A stretch of 62,277 nucleotides of DNA, the filler included, from Diploschistes diacapsis (Eukaryota): NCBI GenBank assembly GCA_023645945.1. It is 7 parts of 7 records of this genome, joined end to end, with 100 filler letters (N's around TTAATTAATTAA, not from the genome) between each part and the next. Parts side by side here need not be neighbours in the genome. Positions count along the whole stretch, not along the records: positions 28,486 to 56,590 come from JALAIB010000152.1; 6 more parts are not named here. One strand, 5' to 3'. A model generated the notes under the pieces. That model ran no database searches. It saw only the letters and a program-made list of their open reading frames with translations, and was not told the origin of the DNA. A program made the translations under genes and the position numbers. The stretch's first letter is position 1, and each line of letters begins with the position of its first letter. Of this stretch, positions 38,301 to 50,298 are shown piece after piece.

Positions 38301-41193
38301 CCTCTTCGAGGCTCTGCCCAGAGTACGAAAGCCACTGCGTATTTGCAAAAGTCATGCCGGTCGGCACCGAAGCAGCGAATACAATGACTGGGAGAGAATT
38401 GGCAATTGCCCTGTACTTTGCCTCTGATGCTGCTCTTTCTTTCGACTTGGCTGCCTTGACCTCCGCCTCGTGAAGGTCATGGATGTCCATGGCCTGACCG
38501 TGCCAGTGCTTGATCAGGCTAAACTTGTCCTTGAGAGGATGAAATTTGATGTGGAACCACCGAAATTGTCCGTCGAACCTTTCCAGGCGCACCTGTTGTG
38601 AGAGTTGTTCGCCTGTCGCAAGAGCATTCGTCCATTCCCTGCGGAAAGTCTTACGGTCTTTGTGGTAGATCTTATCCCAGAGCTGATCGTCCAGCCGCTG
38701 CGCCGGAGAGGTACTGCGGTACGCCTGAAACTTCGAGTTCACCCACAGAAGCTTCCCAGAGTCAGGCTCGGCAAGAAATTGCTGGGTGGCACCGATATCG
38801 ATCATGCTTCGGAGCAGAGACATGCTTGGTTCCTTGAAAGGATGACCTTGCTTATCGTCTACTCCTGAATCCTCGTCCTCCGACTGCGGCAATGCGGTGG
38901 CCGTTGGGAGCGACGGATGTGTGCTGTGGAATGTGGCGCCTTGAGAATGCAAAACCTGGCCTTTCTTGTGCGGGTCGGGGCGGGATACATGCGATACACC
39001 CTTGGCTAAAGGTTGAGGCTTCGCCGGCGATTGCTCTTGAGAGACCTTATGCGATAGCATGCCCGGGAAGTAGCCTTCGGGTCTATCGACAGGGCTTGGT
39101 TTAGAAATCCGATCTCGATCGCTTTCCGAGGACGGCTCATGTTCAGAGTAACTGGACCTGCTGTCGCGTGCATTGCCTGAAGGGATCCTGGGACTTTGAA
39201 CTGTCGTAAAGAAATACTCGCTTCCGCTAGCGAAACTGCTCCCGCTCGTAGGGGAGAAACTCTCCTCCTGTACCTGTTTCACCAGGCTGAACCCCGGTAA
39301 GGATCGGAGACCTGCGTAATCAGACACTTTCTCGTCGCGAACATACGGTCGACCGCCAGAGCGTGCTCTAATCTGAGCCAGGCCAAAAACTTCGGTTTGC
39401 AGGTTAGTGTGCTGCTTCGCAGCATAGAACGAAGTCGCGAAGATTGGGGACAACTGGTTCAAGGCTTCGACAAGCTCTGCAGGATATGGAATGCTAGGAG
39501 TCAAGATCGACAGCACGGCCAGAGGGACTTTCCTTTTCCGCTCCGAAGAAGCATGGCGCCTGGAGCTAGTTTTGAAAGCCTTGGTATCTCTGGAATTTCT
39601 GTCCTCGCGCAAACGATGTGCGCGTTGAGGCTGAGAAAGCTTTGCGCTCGGATGGACCAAGGGTACGTGCAGGACTGATCTGGACCGGTCGAGACCGATG
39701 GCCGTGATCTGCCCGGATCTCCCATACCGATGAGTCGGAGGGTGCTTCATAAAAGCTTCTTTGACCGCAGAGGTATCGGCAAAGAACGGGTTCTCCTCCG
39801 GGTCCGGTGCCGCTGCCGGCGACGGCGCTGGGCTCTGCGCCCATGGAGTTCCTGGAACCTGTTCAAAATCTTCGTAAGGTCGTATCTCGCCTACTTTGCT
39901 TTGAGCTGTGGAGCCTCCAGTATTGGAAGCTGCATTGCTTCTCTGGCGTGCAGGATGCTTGGGTTTCGACAACGCATCGGACGAGTGCTGCTGAGACAGG
40001 CTGGATTTTTTGACATGCGAGGTTGCACCCGACGCGGCTGCCGAGGGCTTTGCGTCTGCCCGGGGATCCAAATACTTCCTTGTGAGAACCGTAGCTCTGC
40101 TGTTATTGAGGACCCTGACGATACCGGCTGGCGTGATCAAGGGATCGACCTCGGAATCCAGTGGTTGCATGACATCCAATATCCTCCCGTGGAGGCCGCT
40201 GTTTGATAGGCTCGTGTCATCACTCACAGGGCTGCCACGACCATGTGTGCTATCGTAGTGCTTCGATTGTTCCGGAGTGAGCTCGCCGGTACCACGGATC
40301 CTGCTTGTGCCCACCGAAGCCTGACTTGTGGTCCGTGACGGCCCTGGTCGTTTGGTTATTGCTGGGCTGCTTGTCGTCTCAGGCCGAATAGCGTGGTATT
40401 TTGGTGAGTAGCCGGCATAAGAATGCCGCGATTCCAATTTTGGACGAGAGGCCAATGCAGCAGGCCCAACATAGGGGGAGGGCCAAAGATTCCCGATTGT
40501 CTCTCTCTCTTTACGGTTTTCCCCCGTTGAACTATCCTGCCACAGGACCTCGCTCAGGCTACTTGGGGTGCTGACGGAATCCAAGGCGATCTGCGAATAC
40601 ATTTCGTCGTCCTCGTTATTGAAGGAGGCTAGCTGTGCCCATGGCAGGTTCTCAATCTCGGTGCGATCCGATGGCACCGAAAGGGTCGCTCTCTGGGCTT
40701 GGAATGTTCCTCGTAGCACCTGTACCGTCTGTTTCCACCAGCCAGCCAGACCCGGCTCGGATTGTATCTGCACCGCGATCTCAAAGAGATTTGGCTTTCC
40801 ATCCGAGAACGGTTCAGACGGCTGACCACCAGGTGGCGACTGATGCATTCTGCCTGACGCCATGACCTCTTTCGGCATGTCACCCTTCGCTGATTTTTTA
40901 GTCGACGCCATGGGAGGAATAGTAGGCGAGAGGGCCGTGAAAGGCAGATGCGTTCCAGGAGTACCAGCGGGCGTCCCCATGTCACCAGCTGTCAACGGGA
41001 AAGGGTAGGATGGAGTCCGCAGAGGCTCCCCAGGGCTTCTGGGGTGTTCTGCTCCTCTGAGGGTGTGCGTAGACTCTGACGATTCCGTTACCGTTCTCGA
41101 CAAGGGACTCGTTGTTGGCACTTCGAGTATGGATGCTGGTTGTGATTGCGGAAGCTGAAAAGCCTCTTCGATAACAGATCCAGTGTCTTCCAT
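35321..41193 (-). CDS. Hybrid histidine kinase with PAS/PAC domains, HisKA, HATPase and receiver (probably fungal group V)
   Basis: PAC RLERFDGQFRWFH and MRLKSKDGKYRWHL; H-box MSHEIRTPLNG; N-box NLAGNAIKFT; DTGIGF; GTGLGLLIC; introns 35925-35876 and 35758-35678 complete the receiver (VEDN...VIITDTEMP...SLSAN...KPV). Confidence 0.93.
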
Positions 41194-41580
41194 ATTGGAC
41201 AGACAAGGCTGCCATTTATCCTATGACTGTGTCTTCCATCCTTTTCAAGATTGATGCTTTCTGCATAGGCCAGGCTGATAGCCACGGAATTCGAAGAGTA
41301 ACCGCCACGCTATGACATCAGCAGCATGGGGATGGAGCGAAGGAATCCAGCAGGACGGTAGCGATGGACGAAAGCGAACAGATGGAGTATCTAGTGAAAT
41401 TCACACGAATGCAAGAATGGGATGGTGGGTATATTGTGTAGACAAGGGACAAGGGAAAGTGGGTGGAAGTCTGCGCAAAAGACAAGAAGGTGGATCCTCC
41501 CGCATAACTCGCAGGCTCAGGCTCTGACTGTCACGGTCGGTCTCAAATAGGAAAGGATGCAAGATGCGCCCTTGTAAGCG

Positions 41581-41837
41581 AGTAATGGGTAGTAGGAGTA
41601 GTAGTAGTAGGAGTAGTAGTAGTAAGTAGTAGTAGTAGGGGGGGGACACACACACACCAGTAGTCACACACACCAATCACACACACACACACAGATCTCT
41701 CAGGCTATAGGGGCAGCCCACCAAGGTCTCACCTCCACCCGGGGTGGGGGTGATAGCAAGTGAGCATGATGTCCACCGGGGACAACTCGCCGGACATAGA
41801 CGGACATGGCTATGGCTATGGCTATGGCTATGGCTGT
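41581..41837. repeat. Microsatellite cluster ((AGT)n, (CA)n, (ATGGCT)n) upstream of the histidine kinase
   Basis: Read directly. Confidence 0.8.
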
Positions 41838-42567
41838 GGATATGACGTATCTCTAAGCCCACCCCGGCACGTGGCTTTCCCCCGCTGACTGCGCGCGCGC
41901 CACAGCCACACGGGACTTTGAGCCGCATATAAAAAGTATCTAGTTGTAATTTATAAACCCTAAATCGCACGACAAATCAGATCTTGCGCAATGCCTTATA
42001 ACGAAACAGAATTTGGTTAGAGTTGTACGTTGCCGCCAGATATAGCATTGGGAATGGTAACCCTTGAATCCTTTCCATGTTCTTATGCTGACCGCGAAGG
42101 ATTCACATCTTATAACGGAAATATTTGCATTACTATTAGAGTTTTTACTGGTTGCATTACGCTTTGTTGTCGTTGTTATTGCTGTTGAGAGAATCAACTG
42201 GACAACCGAGAGAGTGATGATATGGAGGAGCATAATCACTAATGGAATGGGATGGAATGGGATGCGGTAGTGAACAAGCTTCAAGCTTCGTTGTTCCTTG
42301 CATGAAAACGTCTGGAAGTACCGTCCGCTTTGGATGCTGCTGGTAAGACTTCTTCTACTGATCCAGAATAACACCCGAGCTATTCTCGGTCATGACTGTT
42401 TCTGTGCGCATGTATTTTCCCAGCCCATCATCATTAGAAGCTTTATGTCCTCGCCTGTGTATAATCCATTGGCCTACCTGGTGACGCCCTCGCTATGCAC
42501 CGGGTTTAGTCTCCCCCAAATCTCTCTTCTCATCCTCACTTCCATGCATTTTTTAAATCGTAACCCC

Positions 42568-43863
42568 TTAGGCAGGCTCGACTGGAGTCGGGGGCATATT
42601 CCTGATCTGATGGATCAAGAAGCTCTTCTCGTCGCCGAACTGCTCATCATCCGTGCGTTCCAGTAGGAAGTTTGGCAGGAAGCCTAGCAGCTTGTCCCTG
42701 TTGTTGATGAGAATCTTCTGCACCGGCACGGACTTGTTCGGATTGGCGACGAAAACCTTTGGATGGGTAAGCACAGTTTCAAAACACTGTCAAGCCTGCG
42801 TACTTTGAACACGTGGAAGCCCTCGTACTGCACCATCTTACTCTCATTCTTCAGCAGCTTCATGCAGAGCTTGAGGTTGTCGCCCTCGGCAACGTAGGCC
42901 ATCATCACGTTGTAGTTGACGCGGTCCAGAAGGATCTCGCCGAGCAGTTTGATGGACTGTCGCTTCGTCACGTACGAGGGCGACTGGACAAGAGTATTAT
43001 TGTACTGCGAGAAGAAAAGGTCGTAGTTAGCAGCCAGGAAATCTGCTACGAGATTCTTGTGCCGCGTAATTACCTCCTGCATCTCCCATTAGTCGACCAC
43101 GCGCACGGTAGAGGAGGTACACCGACCCGAAAAGTGGTAAAGGCATCAGTGTTGACCTCAAATGAGCCATGATGTATCCAGCCAAAGAAGCGCCAGAAGG
43201 TCCCTTCTCCAGACGTAGGTTCCCTCTCGTCAATCTCATCGACCCTCAATTTAACGCCCGGCTCGTCGTACAGAATGATCTTAGCAATCCCTTCGTTCTT
43301 GATCGCTTCGCGAAGGATCGATCCGCAGGACATTGCGCTTTCCGCGTGTTCGTAGCCATTGCAGAGCTCTATGATGACCTCTGGCTGCTTCGAGACGATA
43401 TACGAAACCGCCGGTGGCTGTACTTGAGTGCCTTCCGGAGGTGCGAACCGTAGGCTGTACGAAAATATCGTCTGGCTGTCCTTTCGAGCCTCGAAGGGAA
43501 GGAGGTGAAGTGCCTTGGCAAGGTACAGCAAAAGATCTTCCTGGATGATTGAGTTTATCAGGGCAGCTACGGCCTCGGGACTACTCTCGGTCTCTGTCCG
43601 ATGAATCAGAACTTGTCATGTGTCACGCAGCACAGAGACGAGACCTTGTGTTCCTTGCAAAGTTAGCTTCACTTGGGCCAGAACCTTGCTGAGTTCCTCT
43701 TCTACCTCGAGAACTTTCAGCCAGGCGTAAAGTAGCCAACGGCGGGACATGAGTTATATACCTTTATTCCATTATTCGGTTCGAGAAGTCGAGCAAGGAG
43801 GTCCTTTGCAGTTCTGGCCATCTCATCGTTCCGGGACTTCGTTCTACCGAATAGAAAGGCCAT
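42568..43863 (-). CDS. hymA: MO25/Hym1 family RAM/MOR-network protein (conidiophore development protein HymA)
   Basis: MAFLFGRTKSR...; LHLLPFEARKDSQTIFS; FEVNTDAFTTFR; SYVTKRQSIKLLGEILLDR; VQYEGFHVFK|VFVANPNKS; DDEQFGDEKSFLI; several GT-AG introns. Confidence 0.95.
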
Positions 43864-44405
43864 TGCGGCCAAGGTGGACCAGATATAGGGGGGCTTTGGA
43901 GCGAGAAATGCAATTAACTAGAGAGCCAGTCCCTCAGCGTCCTAGCCGCCATGGGATCATGAACAGGTATGGAAAGGTAAGAGCAAATCTTTCCAGCATA
44001 CACCGTTGGACGTTGGACGTTTTGGAAGATCACATCCGGTTCATAGGTTTAAAGCAGTTGGGTTAAGGTTCAAGGGGCGATCATCTCTCCCCACTGATAG
44101 TCTATTGTGATTGGCGGGCTTAGCGATAACGGCAGCGGTTAAAAGTATCCTTGCAGCGGTTGATGAAGGTTCTTTCTTTAAGGGATGATGAACGCGTATG
44201 ATGCACCTCGTGAGTACTTCTAATAAGGGATAGGTGATTTGAAAGGTCCAACAATATCACAGAATTAGGAGATTATATTAGTTGCTGACTGTAGCAGGAA
44301 GAAGATGGTTTGTATCTGGTACCAGGCCTGTAGACCCGGATATAAAACAATCATTCCCAGCATATCTCGATGATTGGATAGCCTATCCTAGTATATTTCA
44401 TCATG

Positions 44406-46725
44406 TCAAAGGTGCGGAATCCTCAAGCTAGCCAACGCTAAATTTAGAATACTCACGACCCCCTCTCCTAGTATGAGCCCGCTCGCCAGAACCACCACCG
44501 TCTCCTCTTCCCGCTTCTTCCAACCGATCCAATACGCCGAAATAATGCCTCCAATTGCCCGGGCAACCGTGAAACTAGGCACGTTATACATGCCTACTGC
44601 CACTGCTATACCGCCCGGGATGAACTTCTGCCACCACGTGTCCTTACCGTATATCCTCAGAGCAGTCAGAAGGATCCAGATAATGCCGGCTCCGACGGCA
44701 TATTGCCACGCCATCGGTGGCAAGCCGTGACCAGTAACGAGTCGCGCGGTGAAGATCCAGACGTACCCTGTTGGCACCTGAAAAAGGCCTCCTGGAATGA
44801 TGTATACGCTTGTGTATAGTTTGTAGACGAGGGCCGAAGCGACCGCGCCGACGAACGAGCCGATGAGCTGGCCCCAGAACTGTGCTGCTGGCGATGCGCC
44901 AAGCAAGTGGCCTGCTTTGAGGTCTTGCATCAAGTCACCGGCTTGCAATGCGGCAGACTCTGATATTGCGCCAGCGATGAGGTTAATGACAATGGCGTTG
45001 GGAGAGCTGCGAGGGATAAAGGCTGCAAAGGCAAGCTGAGTGAGCTTTGAGATGCCCTAATCTCACCTTTAGTCCAATTTCCAGTAAGCAGGGTGGTAAT
45101 ATACATACCGATACCGGGTTGAGATCGGTTTCGCCTAACGCCCGAACACCCATCAACGATAGTACAAGAGAGAAAAGAATGGAAAGAATTGTCGCCCAAA
45201 AAGGCATCATGCCAGGGAAAGCGATGTGGACGCCAGCAATAGTCAGTCCGATAGCAACAACAAAGCCTCCAAAAACTATCCAGTTATTAACAAGATGCTC
45301 CGGAGGAGCATCAGACTCTGGCAAATCCTCTACGGCTGCCTTCAAGGTATCATGATGCAATGCATCAGAGGCCTCCTGGGTGTGATCAGGATTCAGGTGG
45401 CTCATGCTGGTGGAAGTATCCGAGTTTTGTAGACGAGAGTAGATAGTCTTTGGAGTCATGACAGATCGAAGATCTCCATGGTGAGCCGTGTCCCGCACGC
45501 TTGCCATCCACTGCGGCCCATAACGTATCAGCGGTCTCAACGCTAACCATCCTATGTTGACAACCGAGTCTGCCAGCATAATGGCCAAGCTGATCCATAC
45601 GATCCATCCTTTGCTACCATGTTCCCAGTCATCCACCGAACCGGCAGCCCAGCCATTTTTCTTCGCAATAGGGGATAACACACCCCAGCCCAAGACAGCG
45701 CCGAACAGCATGTGGGTCGTTGTTGCACAGCCCATAATAATACCTTGCCCGACGTAAGCTGGAGAAGGGTTGAAGGTCCAAAGCCATTGATTTGCCAGGT
45801 AGAATCCCATGAACGGGATGTCGTGAATTTGAGGGATAAAGAAAGAAACAAGTGTCTGTGTGGATGTTATTACGGCATTACTTTGGGCATGAGCACTGGA
45901 CATTCTTACATATACAGCCGATATAGCAAATGCTATCGTCAGTAGCTTTATCTTACTTCTCCAATCATCCCGATGGTCATTCTCATTGTCCGTGGAGCCC
46001 TCAGGAGGTCGGACGGGATCTCCACTATCCACACGATCAATCTGCGATGACTCCTCACTGAATGCATGCGCATGATCTTTTTGTGCTTTTTCTCCATGCA
46101 AAACACCAATCATGAGAGCTGTTGCAGTTCCGCTTGGGAATCGAAGCTTTTCGCGGATAATGACCTCCTTCCGCAACGGCACAGCCACGAACACTCCCAG
46201 GAAACAAATTCCTACAGACCATACGATAAGCTTCCAGAGACTGAGATCGACTGGACCATTCTCCGATGGCTTGAGGAGAAAATTCAGCGCAGGCAAAACC
46301 CCAACGCAGCCCACGCCCAACGGCATCGTGCCGACGGCACCAGCAACAGTCTGAACCAAGACATTTTCCACGGGCGAGAACGGAACTTCTAGAACATTCC
46401 GAATGCTTCTAAAGAAAGCAAAACCTAGCAGCGAGGCAGGCATGGCCATGCCGCTGACCCATCCCGTCTGGAGTCCGAAGTACGTATTGGAGAAGCATAT
46501 AATAATGCCGATTCCGAGCCCCACGAGCACCCCGCGAACCGTAAAGTTTGTATCTGCCTCCACGCGATCCGCCAGGAGCTGTTTAGCCTGTTGCCTGTGC
46601 TCATCCTCCTCGTTCTCCTCTGCTCCGTCTGTCTGGCTTCGGTTTGGCCGCGACTCCTCGGTAGGACTTATGGCCTGGTAGTTGATGCCTTTCCCCGACG
46701 TCTTAACGCCTCGATCGGGCGCCAT
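44406..46725 (-). CDS. OPT-superfamily oligopeptide/metal-chelate transporter (YSL-like clade)
   Basis: NTYFGLQTGWVS, FSPVENVLVQT, LRFPSGTATA, SPAYVGQGIIMG, RALGETDLNPVS|GISK, QAGDLMQDLKAGHLLGASP, ASGLILGEG; introns 45909-45856 (in-frame) and about 45107-45057. Confidence 0.93.
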
Positions 46726-47215
46726 GATTGTCTACTGCTCTTTAGCTTTTCAAGTGGAGGAATTTGGGGATGGACTTGCTTGCATGCCGTGGTGCCAGAA
46801 CGAAGGTGAGGACTAACGAGCCCTAGCACGTCCCAATCAGTGAATGCCAAGACCTCACGCCATATCACGCAAGCGGTCACGTCTGTATCATTGATCACCT
46901 GCGTTAACCTCCACTTTCCGGCGAGTTCGTCGAGATTGACAAATACCCAATGCCTGAACCATAAAAGAGTTTAGTTCCATCTTTTATGTCTTAGAAGCAG
47001 GAGCTACTTGGCGATGGAGATTGGTTTTGAGGCTTCTAGGAGCCTGCAGAGTACGATGTATCACGTGAGATGTGAAGATGGGTCCGGAACTACGGTGGAC
47101 TGGACACTTTGCTAGCTACCTCCTATGCTGTGGGAGTGCTCCTGCTATACGAGTAACCTAGAAGACCAAACCTAGGAGTATTTCAGCACCATACTCTAGG
47201 CTTACGGCCATTATG

Positions 47216-48625
47216 CTACGTCAGTGCAGCCTTTTTGTCCTCGTAAAAGAGCTCATGGACTCCCGACAACTGAATGTACTGCTGTGTGTTCCAGTAACCA
47301 GCCAACGTGCTCCCGCCTTTCGTAAAGTCACTCCTAGGCTCTTTCGCGAGACCGGTGGCCTCCTTGGTAGGCCGCTTTGCCGATTTCCGCAGGTACCTCC
47401 TGGCAAGTAACACGAATATAATGGCGCTGACTCCAAAAGAGACGAGGCTGCTGATGATGACCATCTTGACGGCGGGATAAGTCGCCTCTGGTTTGGCTGC
47501 AGTGATGTTGGTAGAAGGGCTGTCCAAGGTACTGCGCGGTAGGTTCTTGAGTGCTAGTTCGTTGGGATGCTCGGCCTTGTATCTATCCCAATCCGCCTTC
47601 GCATCCTGATACGATTTTGCAGCATCAAGCTTTGCAGGTTCTAGTTTAGATACTCTTTGGTTCATGGCGTCTATAACAGTAAACAGTCTGGCCTGAGTGA
47701 CGTGGAAATCTGGTATAGGTTCCTTCATAGCCATCGGAGCATCCCTGGCCTGGAGACTTCCGCCTTCTTTCGCTGCTTCACCTGAAGCCACAAAGTCAGA
47801 ATAGCTGTCCCGAAGTTCCTTGGCGAGTTTTTTGGCTTCTTTATCACCGCCTTCGAGTGCATCAAGTTTGTGAGTACAGTCAGTATAAGCATCCCGAACG
47901 TTCTTTGCTGTTTTTATGCTTGGAGAATCCTCCAACTCGGCAGCATCAAGGATAGAGGCAAAGTGGGAAACCGAATCTTCCGCTTCCTTTTGGGGGTCAT
48001 ACCGCTTTTGGACTACATTCACTTTAGTCACAACTAAGACGGTAGATGTCGCTTTCTCTCCCTCCTTCTTCTTTTGCTCTTCCTTTTTCGCCTCTTCCGC
48101 CCTTTCATCCGCCATATGCTTCTCCTTCTCGGCCTCCATATAGCTCTGTTGGTGTTGTTCCCATTCCCTCTGGTGCTTCTCCTTGCGTTCATGCGCAATG
48201 AGAGCAGCCGCGATAGATCCAGTGATAACGCCACCTGCCGTTAGACCAGTAAATGCCCCCAACGCGACTTTACTCATGTACATCCAATCTGATAGACCAA
48301 CTCTCAGCCACCTCCAAATCATGGGTACCCATTTTATTATCCATTCAACAATAACGGCATATCCGTTCCTTTTCTCGACATCCTGTAGAGAAGTTCCGGA
48401 CATGGAGGTGACAGTCTCGGCTGCGGTGGCAGATCGAACGGCTGCCTCCGTAATGTCACGAATAGCCAAGGAATGCTCGCCTTCTACGCTTGACTCCAAC
48501 AAGATTCCATCTTGGGCACTGCTCAACCAGAGCTGCGGGCCTACATTGGTTGCGGCGGCCTGCGCTATTCCATGAATGGCTCCAGTTTCGAGGGCATGTG
48601 GGAAGTCAATACTGGTTGGCGCCAT
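47216..48625 (-). CDS. Hypothetical 469-aa protein with two hydrophobic segments and a charged coiled-coil
   Basis: Long intact ORF; hydrophobic VALGAFTGLTAGGVITGSIAAALIA and MVIISSLVSFGVSAIIFVLLA followed by RRYLRK; no family recognised. Confidence 0.7.
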   Translation of the reverse strand: MAPTSIDFPHALETGAIHGIAQAAATNVGPQLWLSSAQDGILLESSVEGEHSLAIRDITEAAVRSATAAETVTSMSGTSLQDVEKRNGYAVIVEWIIKWVPMIWRWLRVGLSDWMYMSKVALGAFTGLTAGGVITGSIAAALIAHERKEKHQREWEQHQQSYMEAEKEKHMADERAEEAKKEEQKKKEGEKATSTVLVVTKVNVVQKRYDPQKEAEDSVSHFASILDAAELEDSPSIKTAKNVRDAYTDCTHKLDALEGGDKEAKKLAKELRDSYSDFVASGEAAKEGGSLQARDAPMAMKEPIPDFHVTQARLFTVIDAMNQRVSKLEPAKLDAAKSYQDAKADWDRYKAEHPNELALKNLPRSTLDSPSTNITAAKPEATYPAVKMVIISSLVSFGVSAIIFVLLARRYLRKSAKRPTKEATGLAKEPRSDFTKGGSTLAGYWNTQQYIQLSGVHELFYEDKKAALT

Positions 48626-48931
48626 AGCGGTTCCTATTCTTTGGGTGTTGCCTTCAAGCTGCTTCGGAACGATGCAGCCGATATATAAGAGAAGAGTAGA
48701 GAAATATCAAGCAAAACGATCTGCGCAGCGATCCTGTGTACTGTGAGAATAGCTCTATAGGCTTGGCACTGTGAGGGGTGAAGAAAGATCCGAAAGCAGA
48801 CAGGAGAAGCATAGGTGTATATATATAATGCGTAGTGGAGCAACATGGGCTAATGCCAAAGAACTTTCGATACGAAGTCCACATGAGGGTTTGAATGAAG
48901 CCAGCCATGGCTGTATCGACCATTGAGGGTT

Positions 48932-49069
48932 ATGGATTCCATTCAGCTACAAAGTCAGATCCTGAATAGACCATAGCGTCCCTAACTTTATCTCGCCCTG
49001 CATTCCACCCAAAAAAGATTTGGGACGCTATGGTCTATCAGGGGGGACTTTGTAGGTTTAAGGAATCAT
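48932..49069. repeat. Long imperfect inverted repeat (hairpin)
   Basis: Perfect 17-bp arms 48966-48982 / 49022-49038, plus CCTG/CAGG, perfect 10-bp arms 48947-48956 / 49046-49055, and a near-match ATGGATTCC/GGAATCAT outside. Confidence 0.85.
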
Positions 49070-50298
49070 GCAACAACAACAAGAGAAACAATGTAAACGA
49101 GTCCCTCGAAATCATATTGCATGGAGATGGAATGTTTGAGATTCGGTCGCCATGTACATTTCCTCATATTGATCAATGAAGTATTGTTCTGAAAGCTCGA
49201 TAACTTCAAGTGCTTCTGCAACTATCGACTTCCCCACATGATGCAAAGTCCGTTTTATGGATATATGTTAGCTTGGTATGGCGCTTCACGTGTTAAGAAG
49301 GCCATGGGGTAGTACTTGAACCCCATACTTCCCCAGAAATGACCACATTGAAGTGTTAGAACCTCGTTCCCTTATGTACCGTAATAAACTACGCGTGGTA
49401 ACTTCGTATAGTCTGTTTTCACGGTTGATGGATCCGAGCACATTTAGTTTAAGGTCGGGCAAAGGAATCCGCTCTTTCATACTCGCAGTCTTAGGACCTG
49501 AGAGCAAACGTTGGGTGCTTGCCGAGACACAACATGCTCATCTTCAAGTCGTCGAGAGCATCTCCTGGGCTGTCGCTATACTGCTTGTTAAAGAGGGAAC
49601 ATCGACTCTTCCGACCTGCAACCAGTGGCGAGTGCATTTCACTTTCTTTGCTTCCGTATCTGGAGAAGATGGTTCATCAGTGAGTGACGGAGAGTGAAGG
49701 AGTTTTGATAGGGAGTGCGTCCTACGCAGCAACACATGTTCCCTCTGCCAACACCAGTGAAGAACATACTTCTGGTATATTCACCCCTCTGCGCCTAGAT
49801 CTATGCTCCAATGCATAGCATCCACCTGCGGAATTCTTGCCGTCTCTGGACTAGGCCAACCTGTTTTTTTTAAGGCGGCAGTATTAATCTCTAAACCTGC
49901 CCGAAGATGAAAGAGTATTCTAAAGAGTGAGTGTTGTTCAATGAATGAGTTTTTCTGGATTTATTTGTAGGGTGTTCCGGAACAAAGGTTTGCCCGTTAA
50001 CTCATGGAACAACGCTACAACGTCCCAAATTCCCTTACCACGTCCCCTCAACTTCAATGTTGATTATCACGATAGATCAGAACCACTGCCTGGAAGCTGG
50101 ATCTTATGCATGACCCATTTCTATATCTCCATTATACGCTGACATCGGATAGGGTATCTTTACATTCATCTAATCAACCAAACTCCGCATCCGGTAAAAT
50201 ACAAACAGGTCTATGCCCAATGACATCGTTGGTTCGTTATCCCTCAGCCATCCAAGGTTTCTTCAGTCGTGGTCTTCGTATTTCTCGTTACCAAAGCT

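Noticed and set aside
49286..49735. Two same-frame minus-strand ORFs as a pseudogene
   Set aside because: Separated by two stops, with no recognisable homology.
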